Positions 15,386 to 28,050 of a DNA stretch of 64,000 nucleotides are shown here, one piece after another. The DNA is from Octopus vulgaris. Lineage: Eukaryota. Position 1 is the first letter of the stretch. The number at the start of each line of letters is the position of its first letter. Both the position numbers and the translations under genes were made by a program. Below the pieces are notes generated by a model. The model was not told the DNA's origin. It did not search any database and saw only the letters and a program-made list of their open reading frames with translations. The stretch covers positions 51,770,001 to 51,834,000 of the forward strand of contig OX597825.1 in NCBI GenBank assembly GCA_951406725.2, read 5' to 3'.

Positions 15386-15951
15386 AGTCTTGAGTGTCAA
15401 AATTGTAACAGAATGACAAAACATTTCACTATGAAGATATTTAACGGACAAAAGCATCTTGGAGTATACAGAAATTACAATGCAAAATATAGTAGCAAAC
15501 ACAAGCTATACAGCTATACACATTCATATGTATACATATGAATACATATGTATACATACACGTACCCCCACAGATACACAACGATATAACCACATATACA
15601 TACTTACATGATGAATAGATAGTACTACAGTATCCAGGCGGTCACTATAGGTGTAGTCAGTAAAAATCCGGCTTCTGTTTAACAGCATGGGGTTGTAAGA
15701 AGCAGCTAAGATTACTTAAAGTGAACAATCTGACTGTTGTTCATTGGATGGGTAAATCAAGGGTTCGCTTCGCTGGGTTACAAATATTTTACTGAACGTG
15801 TATCCAAGACCATTACGATGAATACGGGGATTAATACATCTGCATTTTTTCTGTAGTCAGTTACATAGCATAGTTACTTTTAATTTGCCAGACGTACGTT
15901 ACTGCTGCATAGAAATCAACAATTGCATTTCTATTCAGTTACGTACGAGTG

Positions 15952-16034
15952 GTTATTAGTCTATGCAACTTATTCAAGGTCCGTCAAACCACACCAGTGG
16001 ACGGATCTTGAATAAAGCTGCATAAACTGATAAC
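15952..16034 (+). ncRNA. Candidate pre-miRNA-like hairpin
   Basis: gttattagt-c-tatgcaacttattcaaggtccgtc pairs with gacggatcttgaataaagctgcata-a-actgataac, including two G.U pairs, around a 14-nt loop. Confidence 0.3.
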
Positions 16035-16276
16035 AAATCTAAAGTAACTGGATTCAAATGCAATTGCTAATTGTCTATGCAGCAGAAACTTACATCGGGA
16101 AATTTAAACCATATGACTAGAAATAAAAAAAAAATTTGCAAATACACTAATCTCTGTATTCACTGTAATTGTCTTCGACATACATACATACATACATATA
16201 GACATTTATATATATATAAGGTATATAAGTATATATATACACGTATATACCTTGTACATACATATATATATATATA

Positions 16277-16655
16277 CTAGCAGTATCGCCCGGCGTTGCT
16301 CAGGTTTGTAAGGGAAATAACTATAAAGCATTTTTAGAGAGTTATAGCCAAAAAATAGCAAAAAAATGGGAAAAAATGATGGTAAATTTTTTTTTGAGAT
16401 TTAAAAAAGGTGGAGTTGCGTCCCCTAGACAGTTTGGGGTTCGTGTTTCTGATTCTCGACCCCATGTCGAATTTATCGATTTTTTTCAGAACTGGGGGAA
16501 CTTTTCAAAATTTTCGCTGCGTTAGTTTTGAATTATGACATTGGGCTATGTGTGTGTCAAGTTTCATCAGAATCGGTTGAAAGCCGTGGTCAGGGTGAGG
16601 GTACAAGCAAACAGACACACAGAAACACGCACAGACAAACTGCCGTTTATATAGA
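16277..16655 (-). mobile_element. Non-autonomous Helitron
   Basis: Minus strand starts TCTATATAAA and ends with the hairpin cctgagcaacgccggg then CTAG; inserted at an A/T site in a TA-rich tract. Confidence 0.85.
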
Positions 16656-16672
16656 TATATATATATATATAT

Positions 16673-16747
<75 letters not shown>

Positions 16748-17036
16748 TGGACGTGTTTGTATGTGTCTTCCATTATGGTCACAATTCAAAGAATGCTGAA
16801 GAATAACGACTGTAACATGAACGAGTACACTCAAAACTGAAAGCAGAGTGAACTTTATTATAAAAGTAGTTTCCACAGAGAGTTTAAGTCTTGTCTGGTG
16901 GTTTATTCAACTTACTGAATGGTGTACAAGGCAGAACCTGATGTCTCAGTCAAAACTAATTTTATTGAAATGTGTGTGTATGTCTGTGCGCGGGGGTTTT
17001 TATATATACATATAAGTACACACACATACATACACA

Positions 17037-17075
<39 letters not shown>

Positions 17076-18339
17076 ATATATATATATAAGAGTGCATAAT
17101 ACTGCACCGATTACGAAATCACAGTGTCATATGTGGCTAAATTCTGTTTTTAAATGACCTGCTTCGAGAATTGTTTCGGTACGTATTTATTTATTTTAGT
17201 AGTTTTGACTTTACGAGTCCCTCCCAGAGTGAGGCATCTATGTGTAATAGTGCCCTCTATATAAATAGCTGTTAGAAGTCATTAGCCTTAATCTAATAAA
17301 GTTGATTACTTAATTCCATAAACTAAGGTAAAAATAACGGAATACAATATAGTATTTCTCTTTGTCTGAGAACTTACATCTCCTCATTAGACATACGTAT
17401 ACGTATAATACATAGAGACGATGACTTTAAATTAATAAATGGACTTAAACAATCTTAGATTATAATATCGGTGTGTATAATGTTTGTAAAAACGTAGCAA
17501 GGCTCTAACTCTAATATTTAGACCTAGTAAAACATCTTAAACAGACTTTTGTATTAGAAACACAAAGCTTCGCTGGTTTCCAGACTCGGTATTTTGACTT
17601 AATTTTTTGTCCTTAGTGACGAATAATTCGGACATTCTGAGGTTAACAGAGAACGCTTGTGCCAAATCCGTACGATATTTTTATTCTTTGAGATTTTACT
17701 TATTGTTGAGGTCTGCATCTACTCCGATCGAGGTCATCTATTTCCAAATTTATATTCTGTTTTCCAATGTGTCATTTTTGTCAAAATACGTGATATGTGT
17801 TTATTATTTCTAGCTGTTCGAAAAAACATTTAAAGGGCTCCAGCATTGGCTTGACAAAGCCATAAGTCTTTATAATAACCAGTTTTTATTTTTTACGGAA
17901 GAGAAATATTCTAAGAGAATTTCTTTCTCACATCTACAGTCTCTTCATCTTCTTACTCCTCACTCCCACACGCTCCCTCTCCCCGCTCCTTTTCCAACGC
18001 TCCGTCTCTCCCGATCCCTTTCCCCGCCCCTCTCTCCCACTCCCTCTCTCTCGATCCCCCCACTCTCTGTCTTTCTTTCTCTCCTTCTCTCTCCAGCTTT
18101 CTTTTTTCAATTTCTCTTTTAGGGTAAATAGAAGCTACAAAGATTTCCGAATGTCAGTCAATAATCCTCAACATGTTGAGTTTGGATTTAATGCGGCAAA
18201 TGACAAAAATTAAATACAAACATGATTTCATACACAACACGAATTTAGTAAGGAACCTTTCTTGAAATTTAGTTCTCAGTGCAATAAGTCCCACATGAGA
18301 AATAAATAAATAAAATTGCTGATATTAATAACGAGAGAA

Positions 18340-18540
18340 GGCGGCGAGCTGGCAGAATCGTTAAGCACGCCGGGCATTCATCTGTCTCACGTACTGAGTT
18401 CAAATTTCACTGAGGTCGAATGTGTGTTTCACCCTTTCAGGGTCGATAAAATAAGTACCAGTTGAGTACTGTTGTCGATGTATCGACTTAGCCCATTTCC
18501 CAAACTTGCTGGCATTGTGCTAAAATTTGAAACCAATATT
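18340..18540 (+). mobile_element. tRNA-derived SINE family 2
   Basis: Head ggcggcgagctggcagaatcgtt, B-box-like gagttcaaatt, tail aaatttgaaaccaatatt. Confidence 0.85.
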
Positions 18541-18699
18541 AAACAGAGAAAAACAATTAGAAAGAAGTGAGACTTAGAAATAATCAGTAATGAATGAAAG
18601 TAGGTAATCCTCTAAAAGTATTTTTATAGGAATTTTTAAACCCAAACAAACAAGGAAATTAAAATTATATAGAATAATCGAATATGTAAAATATATTGA

Positions 18700-19050
18700 T
18701 CTTGGTTATTAATGGAACGAACAATAATAAACACAAGAACAGGAAGATAAGTACAAACCAATATTACTAAATATAAATAAACTAGCAGAATCAGAAGTAC
18801 TCGAGATTAGAGAAGAAATACAAGCAAAAAGAAGAAAAATGGGTTCAGCATTAACTGAGCAGGAATTTGTGGTTCTAAAATTATTAATATTAGTACTCAC
18901 ACATTACTGACGGCAATGCCTTATCAATGCCCTTCATGTAATGTAGATAGAGATTGTTGAAAAGTTCAGTTGCATGTTAAATGCTGTAAACACATTGCAA
19001 CGAAGAGATGTCAATTATTTGAATAGATTTAATTGGTGACTCACGAAAGA
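18700..19050 (+). mobile_element. Possible decayed L1/Tx1 ORF2 C-terminal fragment
   Basis: EDKYKPILLNINKLAE.. followed by a Cys/His cluster YQCPSC..LHVKCC resembling the L1 C-terminal zinc motif; several stops. Confidence 0.25.
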
Positions 19051-19753
19051 ATTCAGGTGCTATTTTGTAGTAAATAACTAAAATGACTAAGAGATAGGTT
19101 ATCTAGACATATTTTTCATGTACAGTTCTTTAGGGAACATTATTGGCCCACAAAATATACTGTTTCTATAGTAAACAAAGAGCGTCTCTAAGAGGTTAAC
19201 CAGATCAATCGTTTGCAGTAAAGTTTTAGTTTGGTCAAATAGAACATTTGTTCTTTAGACCATGTAACCAAATAACACACACTCTTAATGCCATAAAAAC
19301 ATTTCATAACAAAAATTTGAATAAATCAAATATTAAAATTATAATTCTTAAAATCAATAAAATAAAAACAAAATGGAAACATTTTCAGATTACTAATTTA
19401 TATTTTCATTTTGTCTGCTGTGTTTATTTTACTATGTTCAATACATTTTTTTACACCGTTGCTTTTAAAACTTTAAGACTGCATATTAAACATTGAATCT
19501 GGTTAACCTCATACTGATAGAAATGAAAACCTAATGCTTCTCACTATTCTAAAAGGTTTAACGTTCATGACTACGTATCTTGGATTTGTTACAAAATGCT
19601 ATAAAGATGATTGATAAAATCATTTTAATTGACTTCTCATTATTGACGTTTTAAAAAAAAATTCGTGTTTAAAAAGTTTAACTCATTAAATTTTATTTTA
19701 TTATTGTCCATTTATTATCATCATCATCATCACCACCATCATCATCGTCGTCG

Positions 19754-19787
<34 letters not shown>

Positions 19788-21363
19788 CATCCCCATCCTC
19801 ATCACCATCATCATCATCGTTGTTCTTGATGTTGTTAATTATATGCCAAATTAAAATGACCCGAGATTGTTTGCTATATTTCTCCTTTTATTTTACATCT
19901 TTTATTTTCGTGCGTATTGTCTGTATCTCTCTCTCTCTGTATCTTTTAAAAAAGACTGTTTATTTTTCTTTAAATATATTTTTCGTGTTATTTTAATTTA
20001 TTTATTTTCTTTATTTTCGTTTCGTTTCAATGAACCAGCCTTATTTATTGACTCAACTTATCAACCAACTATTTGCTTCAGTAAGCTTAGATTGAAAACT
20101 GATCAGTTCACAATGAAATAATTTTCATTTGTTCCTCCCCACCACTTTTGTCTTTCTTTCTTCTCTTCACATATCACTCTTTCCATTTCTCTGCCTCTGT
20201 AGCTATGTCTCTATCTCCCTCACACAATCTTTGTCTTTCTCTTCTTTTAATCAAACATCTAACAAGGATATTGCTTCCAAACTGGTAATCAATAAGCCAC
20301 TTCTGGCAGTTACTTCTATCTCTAATACAACAGCAGCAATATCAGCAACAGTCTCAACAACAACAACACCGTAAAAAAATAACAATAACTACAGTGAATG
20401 CAAATATGGATTTTCTCAAAATAAAATAATAATAATAAAAAAAAGAAATAACTGTTGATTTTAAAGAAAATGTCAATATCTTCAACAATAAACAGGAACA
20501 TTTTCAATAGCTTACAAAAAAAAAAGAACTGTCATTTAATGATGTAGGCAGTTTCTATCATTTGAATCCAAATTGTCTGCTTGATTCTTGCGATACATTT
20601 GAATTTAACGATTGGGGTTGTGCTCCAGCAGTCAGCCGAAGAATCTTATTAAGAACTACCACTTAATTAGATAACCAATTCCATCCGAAAACTCATAAAA
20701 TAAATGCCATCCTTTCTAAACGTTACAAATTATATTTTCTTAACGTTGGACAAGTTGGAGTTTATCGAAGTTCTGTCTCTATCCTCCAGTACGGATAATT
20801 TTCTTTGTATTCAACTGATTTATATCAGAAATAAGTGGCTGGATTAACTATTGGTTCTTTATAATTCTTATAATTTCTGTAGAAGCTATTTTTGAGGCCG
20901 TTGTAGATTTATAATCTCCAGTCATATTTCTGCAAACAGTCTATGATCTTGAACAAAATCGACCCTTCCACGAATAGTGCACTTTCCATTAATTCTATAG
21001 ATTTTATCCCCGCATTTTGAGGTATAATACATGTAGGGTTAATTTACCCAGTATGTTTTTTTTAAGACATTAAGGCATAATGTGAGAGATATTGTGCTGT
21101 TATATCTAGCAACTTTAACGACTACGTACAGGCTCCCTCGCCAGCGCGTTATTGAAGTAGTAATCGATTTTGCTTTTTTTAATGTTACTGCTTTGACTAT
21201 ATATATTATATATATATACATACATATGTATGTATATACATGTATACAGATACACATATGCACAAACTGGCATGTATAAATATATATACCTATACATATA
21301 CGTACATATATATATATATATATATGTGTGTATGCGTGTATATATATATACATATATATATAC

Positions 21364-21418
<55 letters not shown>

Positions 21419-22175
21419 ATTTGAGCTAGTCTTAAATTATATGAAATGCAGCCTATCATGTGTTTTCGAGCAACATCTGCACTCCTTTTATTAATAGTCT
21501 AACACTTAATAATATAGACCAGTCGCTTGACAGCGTCAACTTTACGATATTTACTTTATGTACATTTATACGTTTCAAACCTCTGTCTCGTAACGTAACT
21601 TATGTGTGTGTGTGTGTGTGCGTTGTGTGTATGTGCCTCTCTGTGTGTTTTGGTTGCGTGTGTTTACATGCATATCCATATACATATATCCATATACATA
21701 TATCTGTGTCTATGTATGCATTATTATTATTGTTTTTTGTATTTATATTCGTGTAATATCGTGCGTTTTTCTGTCCTTGTTTCGTATACATTCGATTCTT
21801 TTTCCAAGAAATCAAATGTTCGTATCTTAGTTATTCCTTGGGGCTGGCCAGATCGGAGCAATCTCAATATTAATAAGCCGAAATTGCGAGGATGATCCGG
21901 TTCTTGACTGAAGATTAGAGGCTTCGAATGACCCGTCCGTGTTTTTTGTATCGTCTATTTGAATGTATTGCGTTATTGTCACAGTTTGTATATATATATA
22001 CATACATAGAGAGAGAGAGAGAGAGAGAGAGCAATAAGAAAATATAGGGGATAGATAGGTGGTTCATCAACTTTTAGAATTATATTATGTCAATTTATTT
22101 TTGTGTTACTAAAATGACAATTATACTTACGTACGTACTTACACGTATATTTATATATCTATATCTATCTATCTA

Positions 22176-22212
<37 letters not shown>

Positions 22213-22305
22213 GTACATATATATATATATGTATATACATGTGTATATGGATATAGAAATATGTATATATGTGTATACATACATCTATCTATATATGTGT
22301 GCGTG

Positions 22306-22402
<97 letters not shown>

Positions 22403-22479
22403 TTATTGGCATGTATGAAAAGTCGAAGTATATCACATGAAGTATATCACGCAAAGTCGAAGTATATCACGTGAACATT

Positions 22480-22940
22480 TGAGTTGTTGAGCAGCTACTT
22501 TAGCACCCAGTCATAATGATGCACGAGCTGTGTCAGGCAACAGCTTGTACTTGGTCGAAAACTATGCTGGGTGTCTCTCAAGTCATTCTTTTGAAGGAAT
22601 GCAATTAATGTCCTTCGGACTATTCATTCCACGATTCTGCTGGTGTGTGAGGTCAGAGAAATATGCCTATAGTTTCTCGCATCTTCTCTGCTTCTTCTTT
22701 TTTTGATAGGGTATATAAATTTCCTCATTTAGTTTGTCCAGATGATTACCATTTGCGAGAAATCTCTGAAAAACTGGCTACAATTGGTTTTGCAAGGACT
22801 CGTTTGCATAAATTGAGGAGGATTGCTGCGAATCCATCAGCGCCAGCAGCTGAGATGCGTCTATTGCTAGCATTATACCCTTTTCTTCCAAGTTGATATA
22901 ATCAATTTTTATTGCCTCTCGTTCAGCTTCTATAGCAGTA
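22480..22940 (-). mobile_element. CR1/L2-type LINE fragment (RT N-terminal region)
   Basis: Homologous to 25200-25480 (ggaatgcaattaat..gggtatataaatttcctc). Confidence 0.75.
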
Positions 22941-23149
22941 AAGAATTATGTGCATATAAACTCTGTGAACTCTGTGCATATAAACTCAGTAAAGAATTCT
23001 GTGCATATAAACAGGTTTGTGCATATAAACAGCTGATCTACGATCTCTAGTATTTCAGTCTATAAATGAAGCAAACATCGCACAGATTTTGGTTCTTCCG
23101 TCTTGTACAAGATAACTAAGTAAAGTAAAAATGTATGTACTATAATTTA

Positions 23150-24085
23150 TTGAACTTAGGTATTGCAACAAGCAAAAATGCAAATAGCTTTTCTTAGACG
23201 AATATAGTGTGACGTTGACAATAGCAATTCAAAGTTATTATTCATTCGTCAATTTTTAGTTTGTTTATTCCATGCTAAAATCTTTCTTATCGACAAAGTT
23301 TCAGGTTTTACCAGTAGGGGAAAAATGAAAAGATTCTCCTTGCTCCCCACTCAGGAGCTCCAACACATAACTGACTGTGTGAAAGACAGTCCTCCTCTAA
23401 TTTCAAAGCAGTAACTTTCAAAGTCTGATCTTGGGTTTTATAAATGGACACCGCAAAAGACAGACATATTGGAAATTTAAGTCGTTTGAATTGAAAGGGC
23501 ATATTGGAAGGTATCACCTTTTCCACAGACAGATATTATTATGGCTTCTATGATATTTCTCGTTAATTTGTTTCTCAACAAGTCTTCTGCTATTGCACAG
23601 CTTTGGTTTAGAAAAGTTCTGCAGAGTCATGATTGGAGCGCCTATTTTCAATCGAAGGCAATGAGGAGGAGGTTTTTGTGGCTCCAGTGAGTTTAAAAAG
23701 TGAACAGAGTAATTGACAATGTCCGACTCATCAGCAACAGAGTTTATAGATTTGTATGTTCATTTCCTGGTAAAGCTTTCCCGAGTTTTTCGTTTAAATT
23801 ATTCACAGTAATGTTCTTTGGTGCCGAACTTGTATTTAGTTATTTCCCTTAGACAGGTTGCTTATTTGGGAACGGCGATATGTACATGCTGGAAAAGGGC
23901 CAGAAGCTTCCTTCGGAGGGCAGCTATAAACTCGGGATCAATTCCATTGTCTTCGGCGTAAAATGTTACACAAGAATTAGCTTTTAGCTTTTATATTAAT
24001 GTTGTAAACTTTTTCGTATAGATGGACAGACAGACAGATATTCAGGCACACACACACAGAGACGTTCATCTGTATTACATATCTA
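23150..24085 (-). mobile_element. Internally deleted Helitron with a PIF1-like helicase C-terminal fragment
   Basis: [24 protein letters not shown] and PFQFKRLKFPICLSFAVSIYKTQDQTL..SHSQLCVG match decayed Helitron helicase motifs; 5'-end-like sequence near 24085. Confidence 0.88.
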
Positions 24086-24089
24086 TGTT

Positions 24090-25590
24090 TCTTGATTACA
24101 AGTAGATTCAACTAGAGCTCTTGAGAAAAGGAGATCTCGTTGTGTTTTGAAAAGTCCTACATCTACGCCATGCAGATCTCCAGGCCTTGTGGGAGGCTAT
24201 TGAAGAGCTGTGGGCCTTTGAAGCCCAAGCTGTCGTAATATCTGGTCCTGTATCTTTATGATAATGCTGGAACTTTTGGTACCATGCAGTAGCGCCCCGT
24301 CCCGCTGTTTGTGTAAGTAAGAATTCCAAAGTTAGGAACATGTTTTTTCTATGATTTTTCAGATGTATATTATTGCATATCTTTCTCGCCTTCGCTCCAT
24401 GGAATAGAGTCTTAACTCTTTCAGTCTCTCCCAGAAGCTGATATGTTGTAGTGCATCGATCTTCCTTGTGTAGCTTCGCTGGATCGCCTCGAGTACTATC
24501 TTAATTTTACACTGTTTGGTGACCACAGTTGGGAGCAGTAATCCAGATGGGTGAGAAAGGAAGCCCTGCACAGGACCATCATTGTTTACTCCTTTTGTTT
24601 TGAAAGCTTCAAGGATCCACCCATCAAGACGTCTGCATTTTATTACCAAAGATGCATCATTACTCATGTTGATGCCTAGGTCACGCACTTTGATTCCGAA
24701 ATTGGAATCCCTCCTAGGCCAGTGTATTCTATTTGCTTTTGATTGGGTTTCCTGTGTTGGTAGTGCTGGGCTTTGAATATTCCAGCATTAAACTGCATGT
24801 TATTTTCTTCAGTCCAAGTGTATATTGCATCGAGGTTACGTTGTAGATGCACAACGTCTCGATGGTTCTTTATCTTCTGAGAGGCTTTTTATAGTCTGCA
24901 TAGCTAGCAAGGGTAGGTACTTGAGCATCTGAAGGCATGTCAGAGAGGGCTACTATGAATAGCAGTGGCCACAGGACAGTACTCTGTGGAACATCACTTA
25001 TTATGTGTTTTCTTGGAGATGGCCCTATTGAATATCACTACCTGACTTCTATCTTTTAGAAAGTCATGCAGCCATTCTGCAAGTTTTCTAAATATGCCAA
25101 AATTTCGGAGCAAGTGACAAATCATACTATGGTCGACCTTGTCAAATGCTTTTGCAAAGTCATTGTTTATCACGTCCAGATTTGGGGTTGTTGAGCAGCT
25201 GCTTTATCACCCAATCGTAATGCTGCAAACGCTGTGTCAAGCAGCAGCTTGTAATTGGTCAAAAACCATGAAGGGTGTCAGTAAGCAAGTCATACTTTTC
25301 AAGGAATGCAATTAATTTCCTTCAGACTATTCGTTTCATGACTTTACTGGTATGTAAGGTCATAGAGATAGCTTTTAGCATCTGATCTGCTTCCTCCTCC
25401 TTTTTATATAGGGTATATAAATTTCCTCCTTTAGTTTGTCCAGAAGATCACCATTTCGAGAAAGTTCTGAAAAAGCAGAATCTTTATTTATTTTGGAACT
25501 GCGATATGTACAAGTAGGAAAAGTGTGATATGTACATATTGGAAAATTGTGATATATACATGTTGGAAAACTTAGGAGGGTCACTAGAGA
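24090..25590 (-). mobile_element. CR1/L2-type LINE, decayed RT
   Basis: RDLGINMS, YTRKI..WERLKELRLYSMERRRERYAIIY and IxxDFAKAFDKVDH motifs; 24-bp tandem repeats at 25490-25575. Confidence 0.88.
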
Positions 25591-25725
25591 CTTGGGATCG
25601 CTTCCATTTTCTTCGGCGTAAAATGTTACACAAGAATTATCTTTTAGTTTTTATATCGATGGTATAGCTTTTCTTGCTATTGGTGGACAGGCACACATAC
25701 ACAATCATTCCTATTATATAGATAT
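25590..25725 (-). mobile_element. Helitron 5'-end fragment
   Basis: Minus strand TCTATATAATAGG start; body is a diverged repeat of 23935-24060. Confidence 0.6.
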
Positions 25726-25949
25726 GTTCGCACATGCACATGCACATACATATCTACGCACACACTTTCTTTTTGTAATAGGCCAAAACAGTGGTGTTGA
25801 TTTTCAAACATCTTTCCAGACTCAGACTCCTGAAATCTTGACAAGATCTAATTTTTAAGGCTAAATCAATCGATTTATACCTTAGAACACCACATCTTTG
25901 ATTTCAATTAAAGATTTCTTTCTAGCTTTCTCTTTGACCATTGGTTTGT

Positions 25950-26530
25950 ACTGGTTTCACCTTAAACACTCAAACCATCTCCTAAGCATATTTTGTGTAA
26001 GGTTACCCGTATCGTTGAAACCGTTTCACTAGTCTGATTTCCTGTATGCCAATAATGAACGAGCAGTGTTCGAAAGACATTTAGCTAAGATTAAGAAAAG
26101 AAAAATAGTTTTTAGTAACCTCATTTCTCTGCTATTAGGAAAATTACCCTATATACCATAATTTTTTCATGAAAGTCCTTTGCTCCAGAAATAGTGTAGG
26201 CCATCTATTACTTCTCCGTTCTCGGCTTTCTTTTCTTCTAAGCATATTTTGCGTAGTATCTCCTATACCTTTGAGGGGGTTTCACTTGTCTGGTGTCTCC
26301 TATGCAGAAAATGAGCGAGCAATGTCTGAAAGACATTTGGCTATGACTAAGAACGGGAAAATATTTGTTTAGAAACCTCGGTTTGTTGGTGTTAGGAAAA
26401 TTACCCGATGTACTGTTACTTTTTCATAAGAGGCCTTTTCCCCCTATGGAACATATACCATCAATATCTTCTCTCCACTGTAGTCGACTCCAGGTTGACT
26501 TTTCTTCTAATATACTCTGAATAAAGTTAC
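25950..26530 (-). pseudogene. Decayed coding sequence with a tandem unit of about 256 nt (about 86 aa), unidentified
   Basis: Anchors recur at 25982/26238, 26072/26328 and 26137/26394. Peptides KVTVHRVIFL vs KIMVYRVIFL and LVIAKCLSDIARS vs LILAKCLSNTARS. Confidence 0.4.
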
Positions 26531-26534
26531 CAAG

Positions 26535-26682
26535 CATGGCTGTGTGGTAAGAAGCTTGCTTCCCAACCATATGGCTGTGGGTTCAGTCCCACTGAATGGC
26601 ACCTTGGGCAAGTGTGTTCTACTATAGCCTCAAGCCGACCAAAGCCTTGAGTGGAGTTGGTAGAAAGTGTAAGAAACACATC

Positions 26683-26740
<58 letters not shown>
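26535..26740 (+). mobile_element. SINE family 1, 5' half
   Basis: tRNA-like head ggctgtgtggtaagaagcttgc..gggttcagtccc, then ttgggcaagtg body and (TA)n. Confidence 0.85.
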
Positions 26741-26744
26741 TGGA

Positions 26745-27095
26745 AAATCCTCCACCGTCCGGGTCCTTACATAAATGGAACTAAATGCTGCAACTATGCG
26801 TAGCCGAACGCATGGAAATCCTGAAAAACTTGTACGTACCAGGGACCATACTGAACTCCAGAACGGAGATTTTCGGACCGTGCTTGCATTTCAGGAGATT
26901 CCTGTTAGCGTTTTGGGAACAGCATAGTAGCGATAATAGCAATATTAGCGATGATTGCACCACAGATGGAAATTGATTGCTGACGAGAGTAGGGGATAAT
27001 CCACTACCTTTTACCCTCATAGCCGACAGGTGGCGTGACTGAGGAAGGATGACTGAGGAAGGATGACGCAGCTGGAATCCGATGACCAGCCTTTA
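26745..27095 (+). mobile_element. Penelope-like element 3' end
   Basis: QLCVAERMEIL..ILNSRTEIFGPCLHFRRFLL* fits my recollection of the PLE endonuclease C-terminal pattern LCxxEKxxI..LNxRxEIxxxCxH; degenerate CTGAGGA hammerhead-like motif downstream. Confidence 0.55.
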
Positions 27096-27249
27096 TTATT
27101 TGTATTGTGTTGTGTGGGTAATACACGTTGTGTTCTTCTGTTGGGTATGTAGCATGTTAGTGGTTTATTTTATTACATATTTGCTATATAGAATGTCTTT
27201 TGTGGTTGTGGTTTGTTTCTGTTTGGGTTGTATTGTTGAATTAGTAATG

Positions 27250-27700
27250 TTTTGCGTCGGATGCGGGCTGTTCCTAGTAGTGCTGATTTTTGGATAGTAT
27301 GTTGTGCTGAGAGTTCTGGTATAACTTCTACATTTTTGTTTAAACGTTTGTTATCATACCCAAGGCTACAGTTATTACTATTATTGTTTTCGCTTTCTTG
27401 CCCCACATCTTGAATACTTCAATTTCCAGATTTTTGCATTTCGACAATTTATCCATTTCTTTTTCGGTAATATTTGGGAAGAAGGGAATTCAATGTCTAA
27501 CCCTAAGCAGAGTGATTTTTCTCTCAATTTCTTCTTCCGTATGTTTTGTAGTTCTGTTTTCATGTTGGTTTTTATCTCTTTGACCATTTCTGCTTTTTTG
27601 TCACCTGAGATCAGTGTTTCAGTGTAGTTTGCTACTGTCTTGTATTCTGTCGCTTCCTTGAGTATAGAGAAAAGTGTTTAACTTTCCCGTGTTGCATATT
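27250..27700 (-). mobile_element. R4/Dong-like LINE 3' fragment
   Basis: IQKSALLGTARIRRKTL and KYSRCGARK REL C-terminal remnants. Confidence 0.7.
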
Positions 27701-27829
27701 TAACATGTAGTAGTCGTCCATTTTTGTTTCGAATTGTTATTAGTATCATTATTACTGTTATTATTATTATTGTTGTTGCTGTTACCATTATTGTTATTAT
27801 TATTGTTTCTAAGGTGGTGATTCAAAGAT

Positions 27830-28050
27830 AGATAAATAGTGGTTTCAAATTTTAGTACAAAGCCAGCAATTACAGATGAGGGGGTGGCTAGTCAATTACA
27901 ATGACCCCATTGCTCAACTGGTACTTATAGCATTAATTTCTAAAAGGTAAATTTTAAAGAAAACCTCGGTGAAATTGCATAAAGACAGACGAAATGCCGC
28001 TAAACATTTTGTCCCGCGTGCTAACGATTCTGCCGGCTCACTGCCTTGAT
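27830..28050 (-). mobile_element. SINE family 2
   Basis: Reverse complement of the 18340-18540 pattern. Confidence 0.75.

Noticed and set aside
17560-17900. Minus-strand coding-like stretch ending in CLRCF
   Set aside because: Many stops and only a weak resemblance to a zinc knuckle; cannot be assigned.
21790-21990. CTGAAGA..GAA hammerhead-like motif and TCCTCGC HDV-like loop on the opposite strand
   Set aside because: Neither stem II/III nor P3 pairing could be closed; at most a degenerate repeat terminus.
22960-23030. Four tgtgcatataaac units with variable spacers (CRISPR-like look); similar triplet gaagtatatcac at 22424-22472
   Set aside because: Units are only 12-13 bp with short, related spacers, in a eukaryotic context with no cas genes; these are local minisatellites.
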